The notes below the pieces were generated by a model. That model did not search any database. It saw nothing but the letters and a program-made list of their open reading frames with translations, and was not told the DNA's origin. A stretch of 64,000 bases of DNA from an uncultured virus (IMG/VR IMGVR_UViG_3300047357_001465) (taxonomy: Duplodnaviria; Heunggongvirae; Uroviricota; Caudoviricetes): IMG/VR virus record IMGVR_UViG_3300047357_001465, one strand, 5' to 3'. Position 1 is the stretch's first letter. Every line of letters starts with the position of its first letter. Shown piece by piece: positions 1 through 8,008 of this stretch. A program made the translations under genes and the position numbers.

Positions 1-74
1 TCATTTCAGTTTTTACAGTTTTCATTGTATATCCTTTCTAGGTATTACTCTTATCAAACACAAGAGAGGTCGCT

Positions 75-440
75 ATGAGAGAGATAGACATTTTTATAGA
101 AAACTTCATAAACATACTAGGTCATGAGGTCTGGACACAAGTGATCAAAGAGCGGGTCAGAGAAGAAGGTGTCCTCTATTCTGTGATAGTTAGACCCTTT
201 TATGGGAGTACTACAAAGTGGTTTGGCCCCAAGGAAGGGTATGTCTCTACACCTGAGTTTAAAAAGATCACACGCCGTGTATCCTCCGCTTTTAAGAAGG
301 CTGCCAAGATGAGTCCTCAAGTAGAGCTTGACCCAGATGGTTTTTTGTTGAAGCCTACTTCCAAGAGGTTTAAGGGAAAGAGCTTTTACCCTATGGGTTC
401 TGCTTATCTTCATATGGTCTTTGTTTCCAAGCGGACCTGA
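75..440 (+). CDS. hypothetical protein
   Basis: 121-aa ORF with a GAGG RBS; no recognisable motif. Confidence 0.6.
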   Translation: MREIDIFIENFINILGHEVWTQVIKERVREEGVLYSVIVRPFYGSTTKWFGPKEGYVSTPEFKKITRRVSSAFKKAAKMSPQVELDPDGFLLKPTSKRFKGKSFYPMGSAYLHMVFVSKRT

Positions 441-801
441 TATGGCTGAAGATGCCCAAGATGTCCACCCATTTCTGTGAGTCTCTATGGAAGTCCTGTA
501 TGTACCACTCTCCTGTGAGATCACATACGTCATTGTGGTTGTCAAAGAGTGGTTCATCTAGATAGATCTTAAAGCCGTAGGCTTCTGCGAGGTAAGTTCT
601 CCCTGAGTCTTCGGATTGGCGAACGTGAAAGCCACATTCTTCAAGGCCTTTGCAGACCGCTTGGAACAGATCTAGTCCTTCTAGAGGGTGAATCTCTTTA
701 GTCCACACTCTGTGTCCGTTTGATATCTTTGTGTACATTGATAGATCCTTTGTCGTTGCCTTACTCTTATATACAAAGGAGAGCAAGCCATGAGAAAACA
801 T
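391..801 (-). CDS. hypothetical protein
   Basis: ORF co-oriented with the upstream RNase H-like gene; start uncertain. Confidence 0.45.
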   Translation of the reverse strand: MFSHGLLSFVYKSKATTKDLSMYTKISNGHRVWTKEIHPLEGLDLFQAVCKGLEECGFHVRQSEDSGRTYLAEAYGFKIYLDEPLFDNHNDVCDLTGEWYIQDFHRDSQKWVDILGIFSHIRSAWKQRPYEDKQNP

Positions 802-838
802 CGCTTGAAGAGAGCACAGATACAGAGGAAGCTTCTAT

Positions 839-1300
839 CTACTTAGAGTGAGAGTCTGCTATAGCACTCGCACACCATGAGTCTGGCTTAACCTTTACCT
901 CTTGAAACCCACACCCTCTGACCATAGACACTAGAGTGTTTGCGTATTGGGAGGTTCTCGCCCTTGAGTTCTCGGGGCTAACATCTATGTGTATCTCGAT
1001 GTTAGCTTCTTCAACTTCTCTCTGGATGTCTTGAGCCAGCTCTAAGGACATTTGGGTCTCACAATAGACCCTGTTGAACAAGTCATAAGAGGTGATTGGA
1101 GGGTGCTTGACATAGAAGTACCTACAATCATAGTCCTTGTTTGATGACGTGACCGCGATAGCAGAGACGAAAAGGGTACCGTCCCTGTGAGGCTGACTGT
1201 CTGTGCCTATAAAGATGGTTGACTGATACTTGGAAGCGTTCTTGATGAACAGGATAATGTCTGAAAAGTTGACACTAACCCTCCTACCTGTTTGCCACAT
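839..1300 (-). CDS. RNase H-like (YkuK/DUF458-type) protein
   Basis: IFIGTDSQ, ETQMSLELA, IEIHIDV and KPDSWCASAIAD motifs typical of this family. Confidence 0.75.
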   Translation of the reverse strand: MWQTGRRVSVNFSDIILFIKNASKYQSTIFIGTDSQPHRDGTLFVSAIAVTSSNKDYDCRYFYVKHPPITSYDLFNRVYCETQMSLELAQDIQREVEEANIEIHIDVSPENSRARTSQYANTLVSMVRGCGFQEVKVKPDSWCASAIADSHSK

Positions 1301-1391
1301 TCGACCCTCTCTTTCTTGTTCTTCATTATACAGGACCTCCTCTTTTTTTGATAATAGCAGTATATGAAAGAAGAAAGAACAGGAGATAGGA

Positions 1392-1694
1392 ATGCCAGAT
1401 TTAACACCTTTTACAGTAGCTTACTGCCCATCTGCTAAGACCCCCGTACAGATCGAGGGGTCTAAGGGCAACGTGTACAACGTCTTCAAAGGACGAACCG
1501 CACACTATGACTTTGATTGGATTTGTCAGTGTGCTGGTCGGAAGTACCGACCTCATGTGGACTGCAAGCATATCCACCTTGTGAAGAGGGATACCTGTGA
1601 GTGGAATGAGTCCACCAGCCCTGAGCCTTACGAGGGAGATGGAAAGTGTCCTTGCTGTGGCGAGTCTGTTGACTTCATCACAATGTGGGGTTGA
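1392..1694 (+). CDS. SWIM zinc-finger protein
   Basis: GSKGNVYNV...CQC...CKHI plus C-terminal CPCCG; AGGAG RBS. Confidence 0.7.
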   Translation: MPDLTPFTVAYCPSAKTPVQIEGSKGNVYNVFKGRTAHYDFDWICQCAGRKYRPHVDCKHIHLVKRDTCEWNESTSPEPYEGDGKCPCCGESVDFITMWG

Positions 1695-1698
1695 TGCT

Positions 1699-2079
1699 AT
1701 GGCTACATTTTACAGGAACTGTGATCACCGAGGCAGGTGGAGGGGAGACCCTCTTGACTTTCTTTTGATCAAGATCGAAAGCCGACAACATACCAAAAGA
1801 GAAATCGTCTCCCTATTGGAAAGCATTGGGTTCAAGCTCTATTGGATCAAAAAGTCTAGGGGCAGGCAGGGAGATATCATCTGGACAGCCAAGACCAAGA
1901 ATGACATTTACGGTAAAGGAATCCTCGACGGAGGGGAGTTAATTACCGCTCGTTTGAATTGGATAACCTATGACGCAGACATGGTCTCGTTTTGGCATAG
2001 GACAAATCTTGATCTACGAAAACGCCTATTCTACTCCATTAACTTAGAAGGAAACACTCTAGAGCCGTACACCTACTAA
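1699..2079 (+). CDS. hypothetical protein
   Basis: Likely start at ATG 1699, just after the upstream stop; followed by a terminator. Confidence 0.55.
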   Translation: MATFYRNCDHRGRWRGDPLDFLLIKIESRQHTKREIVSLLESIGFKLYWIKKSRGRQGDIIWTAKTKNDIYGKGILDGGELITARLNWITYDADMVSFWHRTNLDLRKRLFYSINLEGNTLEPYTY

Positions 2080-2085
2080 GGTACT

Positions 2086-2110
2086 ACCACCCTTCGGGGT
2101 GGTTTTTTTT
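2086..2110 (+). terminator. intrinsic terminator
   Basis: ACCACCC-TTCG-GGGTGGT followed by a T-run. Confidence 0.85.
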
Positions 2111-2156
2111 GTTCTTTTATTGCCTCCTTACACCAGACTAAGAAGGAGGTCTAAGC

Positions 2157-2756
2157 ATGAGACAACTAACAGCATCACAGAAAATCGCTCAACTTGAACA
2201 CCGTATCGCTCATCTTGAGAAGCAGGCCTTAATTGGTATTTTCAAGAGCAATATGAGACGAGCTAAAGAGATTCACAAGGCGATACATCAAGACATTAGC
2301 AAAGGGTACGAGCAATGGCTAATAGACCAGATACTCCCTTTTCAGATTTCTAGACAATTGGGCCGAGACTATGAATTCAAATACGAACACGCCCCTGATA
2401 ACAAATACGAGGGGGCTATCGGCTCTTACCATGATAGCCATGAGAGGGATGTCAAGTCACTAAGTGCGAACAAGTTTACGGTCGATATGTGGCGGGGTGC
2501 GAATATAGATCTTGACCTAACTATCGTCTTTGACGAGAGGAGCCTCGGCAGCAAGATCAGAGGTAAAGATCCTTCTTTCACCGTCTACATGGATGGGAAG
2601 AAAGCATTTCACCTCAAGAATATTAGAGACATCAAAAACGGCTTGGCTTGGAAGCATACCCTAAAGGCTCTCAAGACGGAGTTTAGAGAGCTGGGGAGAG
2701 AGATCGAAGACTACACTAGAGATTTTCTCGAAACACATGAAGACGAGCATATCTGA
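2157..2756 (+). CDS. leader-bearing putative virion cargo protein
   Basis: Starts with MRQLTASQKIAQLEHRIAHLEKQA; the body resembles 62173..62715; AAGGAGG RBS. Confidence 0.7.
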   Translation: MRQLTASQKIAQLEHRIAHLEKQALIGIFKSNMRRAKEIHKAIHQDISKGYEQWLIDQILPFQISRQLGRDYEFKYEHAPDNKYEGAIGSYHDSHERDVKSLSANKFTVDMWRGANIDLDLTIVFDERSLGSKIRGKDPSFTVYMDGKKAFHLKNIRDIKNGLAWKHTLKALKTEFRELGREIEDYTRDFLETHEDEHI

Positions 2757-2769
2757 AAGAAAATATTAA

Positions 2770-2880
2770 AACAAGACAACAAGGTTCATTACCCCGCCTA
2801 TAGACTCTAAAGTATTTGCGTATTGGGAGGTCTTCCCTTTAGAGTTTTCGGAGCTTACGTCTATATGGATTTCGAGATTT
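2770..2880 (-). pseudogene. remnant of a second RNase H-like gene
   Basis: Minus strand reads NLEIHIDVSSENSKGKTSQYANTLESI, versus NIEIHIDVSPENSRARTSQYANTLVSM in 839..1300. Confidence 0.75.
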
Positions 2881-3280
2881 CTTCGTCCTTAATTAAAATA
2901 TCTAAAACCGATCTTGCAACGGCCTGAGCAAGGATAGGAGGTACTGCGTTACCTACTTGCCCAAATTGAGTCATCGAAACTTTTCTTTTACTACTATATG
3001 AATCTAAGCGTGTTCCGACGAACTCCCAATCTAATGGGAATGTTTGCAAACAGGCCAATTCGCGGACTGTAAGCATTCTATCGTAATTAGGATGAATGAA
3101 GTCCCTATAGCCACTTCTAGTAACAGTCGGAGAAGGCTTATTTGGATCTAATCGTCTATATGTAGACCCAAAAGTTTTCGTAATATCTGAAAGCTTTTTC
3201 CCTTGTTCTACAAGTTTAATCTTTTTTATCGTACTAGGAGCATGAGCGGTTTTCTCGTGGTTTTTAAGTTTAGTGTCCAT
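2861..3280 (-). CDS. DNA cytosine-C5 methyltransferase, small (beta) subunit, M.AquI-like
   Basis: Target-recognition region plus motif IX (RMLTVRELACLQTFP) and motif X (QVGNAVPP); overlaps the alpha gene. Confidence 0.9.
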   Translation of the reverse strand: MDTKLKNHEKTAHAPSTIKKIKLVEQGKKLSDITKTFGSTYRRLDPNKPSPTVTRSGYRDFIHPNYDRMLTVRELACLQTFPLDWEFVGTRLDSYSSKRKVSMTQFGQVGNAVPPILAQAVARSVLDILIKDEEISKSI

Positions 3281-4040
3281 GTTTTTTAATCCTATCTTTG
3301 ATAGTTTTAGAAATCTTTAATGCATTTTCAGAAGGGGGGCTAGCGTCGGACAGTGAGCCAATCGCATCTCCGACTGTCGTGTAGGGCAAAAGGGTACTTT
3401 CTGAAAATGCATTAAACAAGGTTATCTGCCCCCTCGCGACTAATTCAGACGATTCTGTAATGCCGTGAGTAGCCTTTGGGAACTCAAATACCTGATTTAT
3501 TCTATTACCGACAATAAAGAATCTCTCTCTGAACTGCGGGGCCCCAAAATGTGCGGAATTTAAAACTTGAAAACTTAGCTCATAACTATATTCAATATCA
3601 TCATATAAGATTGGCTCGCTCATCCCACTTACTATTGCATCCTTTGCTCTACCTTTTGACCAATTTACCATCCCTTTTACATTTTCCATTACAAATACCT
3701 TTGGCAAAGCTTCTCTAACCACTCGAATATACTCTAGTAAAAGAAGCCCCCTTGGGTCATCCATCCCCATCCGATCCCCTGCTAAGCTAAAGCTTTGGCA
3801 AGGAGGCCCGCCTATAACTACGTCTATGTCTAGAGGCTTTACTCCTGCCGTCCGTAAAATTTCTTCAGTCGTGATCCCTGAAATATCACCTTCTATAACA
3901 GGTACATTTGGCATATTCAGTCTTAGCGTCTCACAACAAGAGTGATCTTGTTCTACTGCAACAAGAGTCTGAAAGCCTGCTGCATGAAATCCGATATCCA
4001 TCCCTCCCGCCCCCGAAAATAAACTAATTAAAGTTTTCAA
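3270..4040 (-). CDS. DNA cytosine-C5 methyltransferase, large (alpha) subunit, M.AquI-like
   Basis: Motifs I (LFSGAGG), IV (GGPPCQSFS), VI (ENVKG) and VIII (QFRER); TTG start. Confidence 0.9.
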   Translation of the reverse strand: MKTLISLFSGAGGMDIGFHAAGFQTLVAVEQDHSCCETLRLNMPNVPVIEGDISGITTEEILRTAGVKPLDIDVVIGGPPCQSFSLAGDRMGMDDPRGLLLLEYIRVVREALPKVFVMENVKGMVNWSKGRAKDAIVSGMSEPILYDDIEYSYELSFQVLNSAHFGAPQFRERFFIVGNRINQVFEFPKATHGITESSELVARGQITLFNAFSESTLLPYTTVGDAIGSLSDASPPSENALKISKTIKDRIKKHGH

Positions 4041-4214
4041 GCGTTCCCCCTTGTCTTCTATTATATACAGTACGGTATAGAGATATTATACCCGAGACTC
4101 AAGTGGCTTTAGCTCTTATCAGATGGAAAGAATCTACGATAAGCTAGGGTATCGTTACTAAATTCTTTATCACCCCCCCTCTGAAGCTACAAACACAGCT
4201 AAGGAGGAGTAAAG

Positions 4215-5318
4215 ATGTTCCATCACTTAACAATGGCCGTTCGAGATAGGATGATTAAAGAGCTTCGTGAGTATTGGCAAGACCACCCTCGTTATGAAAC
4301 TCTCTCACGAAACATACAAGGTAAGTACGCCTTTGATGAGAGGCCTCAGTTTGGCATGGTCATTAAAACATCGGGTGCGAGTAACGTAATCCTAAGCCCT
4401 GATAACTTCATAGGTCATGTTAAAGGCTATGTCTCACTCGCTAAAGTAAAGAACAAGAAGAGCGTCTCTATAGAGTGGGCTAAAGAGGACAGCTTCGTGA
4501 AGCCAGAAGAGGGCGTTTACCACATCAAGGTAGAAAAGAATAACAGGGTTGAAGACCCCAATGCCTATATTATGAACTATCAGAGATATGTGTATAGGAA
4601 AGAACCTTCTCCCATATTCTCTGACCCCACCACGATTGGGCTTGCGTATACTCCTCACGGAGACTCTTTGAGAATCCGAGAAGCTCCTTCGGGCAGAGTT
4701 TTGGGAGCAACGGAATACGTCTTGAATGGGTCAACCGTAACTTTAATAGAAGAGGTTCAACAAGGACTGTCTTTAAGTGCGGAGTACACAAGTAAAGATG
4801 AGTTCTTGAATGGCCCTTTCCACGTAACCCCAGACTGTGCTTTCCGCAAGATCATACCAGGTGTCGTCATTGCAGTGGGTCGCTGGATAGAGGATGGAGA
4901 TGAGCAGGTAATTGTTGTGTCCAACAAGCAGGAGATTGTAGCTAGGGAGCATGGGGGGAGGTGGGAAATCTCTGTGGATATAGACTTAGTTACAAGGGAT
5001 GTCCACTCACAGGCTGACATAGCGGATAGGACTGTGGTTTGGCTTTGGTCTACGTTGAGGCCAAAGCTGGCAAATATGGGTTTAGAGATGTCCGACGTTG
5101 GACTCGGGGGAGAGGGTGAGGAAGTTTATGATGAAAATGGAGATGATTATTTCTACACCGCCTCTATGAGTCTTAGTCTTCAGACGGATTGGTTTATCCA
5201 CTTCCCTGTACTAGTTCCTATTCGGGGGTCTAGTCAGGACCTAGTGCCTATCTCAGAGTTTGATGCTCCTCTTGTGGGCTTAGGTAGAGACAGCAGTTTC
5301 GTACAGAGGATAATTTGA
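4215..5318 (+). CDS. putative virion structural protein (neck/tail-completion-like)
   Basis: 367 aa; upstream late-type motif; near the tail sheath; function inferred from context only. Confidence 0.4.
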   Translation: MFHHLTMAVRDRMIKELREYWQDHPRYETLSRNIQGKYAFDERPQFGMVIKTSGASNVILSPDNFIGHVKGYVSLAKVKNKKSVSIEWAKEDSFVKPEEGVYHIKVEKNNRVEDPNAYIMNYQRYVYRKEPSPIFSDPTTIGLAYTPHGDSLRIREAPSGRVLGATEYVLNGSTVTLIEEVQQGLSLSAEYTSKDEFLNGPFHVTPDCAFRKIIPGVVIAVGRWIEDGDEQVIVVSNKQEIVAREHGGRWEISVDIDLVTRDVHSQADIADRTVVWLWSTLRPKLANMGLEMSDVGLGGEGEEVYDENGDDYFYTASMSLSLQTDWFIHFPVLVPIRGSSQDLVPISEFDAPLVGLGRDSSFVQRII

Positions 5319-5365
5319 TATGTCATTTATTGCGGTCTTGAGTAAAGCTATCGAAAGGATGTTAA

Positions 5366-6739
5366 ATGAGCACCAAGCTACCAAAAAAGAAAAGCTATAA
5401 CCCGTCTGACTTTAACCGCTATGGAAAGGAATGGGCAAGCAGAGATCCTCGCAGGAGTATTGCTAATGTGAAGTTTTCAGGGGCGACGCTCATAATAGAG
5501 CCTGTCCACAAATTTTACGGCTGCACATTCAACAACTGCGTTATTGTCCTAAAAAGCTATGGCAGAGAGAGTAGCCATCACCTAAAAATAAATAAGTTTA
5601 ACAACTGTGTTATACGAGACAAGAGAGGCGATAATTCAGACGTGACCTTTGGAAGTTGTACCCTCAAAAGCACAGTTGTGAAAAGTCCTATCGGACTAGG
5701 GGAACCTACCGAAAAAACTCATTTCATTAACTGCGAAATAAAAAAAGGGTACGGCAATGTTGATTTTAAGGGGGTCAACCTTGATGGCACTAAAGGCTTT
5801 AAATATGCCGATACTTCAATAGTAGAACACAAGGGTGTGACTGCTGAAGAAAAGGTGGTTATGGGTAGAAATGTTCAGAAGCTAGCAAGGGCTTTGAATA
5901 AGGTCAAAAACTTCAAGACCCTACTGAAGAAAGTGATCGCTCTTGAAGAGCAGTATGTCTATAAGAAGCACTTTGGTAGCGAACTGAGGACTCTAAGAGT
6001 AGAAATCAGGAAGCGGATTAAAGAGAAGCTGCGTAAAAATCAGGAAGAGGCTAGGCTTCGTCAACAGATCCAGCAAGAAGTTCAACTACTCAATCTGGAT
6101 CTCGCTCGAGCCCAAGGAGATGATGAGTTAGTGCCTATTATGATGAGGGCAGATTCTCTTCTTGAAGACCCCCTTGCTGAAGAATTCAAAGCTGACTTAG
6201 GGTTTATACAAGAGACAGCTAAATCCAAGCTCTCTCTCTGGGAGCGTATGCTTAAAAATAAGAGAAAACTCTTCAATGAGGGTCGTAGGGCTTCACAGAT
6301 CAGAACCGCGTCACAGATGCTCAACCATCTCAACAAAGAGGCAGGAGTCTTCGACTCGTTTTCAGAGGGGGTGCTTAAATCTATCCTAGAGAAAGTCCTC
6401 AAGATGATGGTCGAAGAGAATCTGATTTCGGAGCACTTCAGCTACAGCCCAAGTATTAAGTTCATTAAAAGAGGCGGGTTGGAGAGTGCGTTCGTGAAGG
6501 GCAACAATGACCTCGGAGACTTCTCTATCAGGGTAAACAAGAAGGGGGAGAATGTAGTTGTTTTCTTAAGACCCTCTGAAGGAGGTCGTGTGCTATTAGG
6601 GAAGGATGTCAGGTTCTCCCTAATAGACCCCAAAGCCTCTGAGAGGAAGATCCTTCAAGAAGTAGGGGGTAGTTTAAAAAGTAAGGGCAAAGTCGGCTTA
6701 CTGCATGAGCTACTTACGGGCTACAACCCTCACCTTTAA
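5366..6739 (+). CDS. multi-domain putative cargo protein (pentapeptide-like N-terminus; C-domain paralogous to 6815..7249)
   Basis: FxxCx repeats near the N-terminus; RRAS/RTAS/KEAG linker; the C-domain aligns by eye with the next gene. Confidence 0.6.
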   Translation: MSTKLPKKKSYNPSDFNRYGKEWASRDPRRSIANVKFSGATLIIEPVHKFYGCTFNNCVIVLKSYGRESSHHLKINKFNNCVIRDKRGDNSDVTFGSCTLKSTVVKSPIGLGEPTEKTHFINCEIKKGYGNVDFKGVNLDGTKGFKYADTSIVEHKGVTAEEKVVMGRNVQKLARALNKVKNFKTLLKKVIALEEQYVYKKHFGSELRTLRVEIRKRIKEKLRKNQEEARLRQQIQQEVQLLNLDLARAQGDDELVPIMMRADSLLEDPLAEEFKADLGFIQETAKSKLSLWERMLKNKRKLFNEGRRASQIRTASQMLNHLNKEAGVFDSFSEGVLKSILEKVLKMMVEENLISEHFSYSPSIKFIKRGGLESAFVKGNNDLGDFSIRVNKKGENVVVFLRPSEGGRVLLGKDVRFSLIDPKASERKILQEVGGSLKSKGKVGLLHELLTGYNPHL

Positions 6740-6814
6740 CCTTCTCCCTCTCAAACGTTATAGTCTTTAAATAATCAGAAGATAACTGACCCAATTAATG
6801 AAAGGATTTGTCCT

Positions 6815-7249
6815 ATGAGACAACTAACAGCATCACAGAAAATCGCTCAACTTGAACACCGTATCGCCAGACTTGAAAAATCTGCTAGTCGATTTGACTC
6901 CTTGAACCTCGAGGTCGTCGCATCAGCGGCAGAAGATGTTGCCCTCATGGTCAATGCTAGGTTTAACGCCAAGTCTTCTACCATCCGCAAACAAAAAAGA
7001 GGCAAAACAGTAACAGCATTCTTCAACCTACTTCGAGGGCGTGAGGTTCTCACAAAGGTTTTCGTAAGAAAGACAAGAAACCGCTTGGTCGCTTTCATGA
7101 GAAACTCTACGGGCTTTGTTGAACTCGGCAATGTTGAGTATTTCACCGCAGATTCTCAATCTTCTGTACGAGAGCTTCTTGAGAGTGTAAGGTTTAACCT
7201 TAAAACAGATAGTTCTATCGACCTCTATGTTGACTCCTCAGAGATTTGA
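6815..7249 (+). CDS. leader-bearing putative virion cargo protein
   Basis: First 53 nt identical to the start of 2157..2756. Confidence 0.7.
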   Translation: MRQLTASQKIAQLEHRIARLEKSASRFDSLNLEVVASAAEDVALMVNARFNAKSSTIRKQKRGKTVTAFFNLLRGREVLTKVFVRKTRNRLVAFMRNSTGFVELGNVEYFTADSQSSVRELLESVRFNLKTDSSIDLYVDSSEI

Positions 7250-7506
7250 TCCAAAAGTATCTCTCTGTCTTGCGGGGACACGAAAATAGGTGTGTGGTCT
7301 CCCCTATGGGTGTTGAACTCAAGGTACTCTAACGCCATGTGGTATTTTTCATTTTCTTTGAGTTCTGGGTTTTTTTTCGACATCTCCCCCGCCCAATATT
7401 CAACGACCTGATCTTTGTCATAAACGACAGCAAAGGGTTCGTAGGAAACCCCTATGATCATGTCATTAAAGATCTCTCGCGGTTCTAGTAGGAGTAGTTC
7501 TTCCAT
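7225..7506 (-). CDS. hypothetical phage protein
   Basis: 93-aa ORF with a GAGG RBS. Confidence 0.6.
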   Translation of the reverse strand: MEELLLLEPREIFNDMIIGVSYEPFAVVYDKDQVVEYWAGEMSKKNPELKENEKYHMALEYLEFNTHRGDHTPIFVSPQDREILLDQISEEST

Positions 7507-7520
7507 CGTAACCTCTATTC

Positions 7521-7534
7521 AATAGTTTATTTAT
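7521..7534 (+). promoter_or_regulatory. putative late promoter AATAGTTTATTTAT (tail sheath operon)
   Basis: One of about 22 motif copies at a similar distance from start codons. Confidence 0.65.
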
Positions 7535-7576
7535 TCAATCGACTGATAAAGTGAACATCTAAAAAGCTAGGTTACT

Positions 7577-7996
7577 ATGCCAATAATCAAGTTCCAATGT
7601 CAATCTTGTGGTCTCTTACAAAGAAAAAGAGTGCGAGGAGTTCAGTCTGTAGATTGCCCTTGTGGAGATACCGCGTATGCGGAAGGGTCTCGACCTGTTT
7701 CTAGTATAGGATTCTCTTCAGAGGTTGAGGGCAGTATGAAAGCCCAAACTTCTGGGATTGAGTCTTTTGATTTGGATTTTGATCGAGTTATTGGCGAAGA
7801 GTCAAAACAGAAATGGGACACCGTATATCGAAGGCAACGAGATAAGTGGGATGTCCTCCATCAAAGTGACAGTGCCAGCGGCTACGATATTATGAGGCTA
7901 CCTGACGGGAGCTATGGTTCTTTGCCTGAAAAAGCTAAGGTGTTCCGAGAAAACCGTCAGGACAATATGAGAAAAATACGAACTCAGAACAAGTAA
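7577..7996 (+). CDS. FmdB-like zinc-ribbon protein
   Basis: MPIIKFQCQSCG...CPCG. Confidence 0.6.
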   Translation: MPIIKFQCQSCGLLQRKRVRGVQSVDCPCGDTAYAEGSRPVSSIGFSSEVEGSMKAQTSGIESFDLDFDRVIGEESKQKWDTVYRRQRDKWDVLHQSDSASGYDIMRLPDGSYGSLPEKAKVFRENRQDNMRKIRTQNK

Positions 7997-8008
7997 AGGA
8001 GTAGTCAG

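Noticed and set aside
3270..3280. Frameshifted or pseudogenised methyltransferase
   Set aside because: The split matches the known two-subunit M.AquI architecture; both parts have intact motifs
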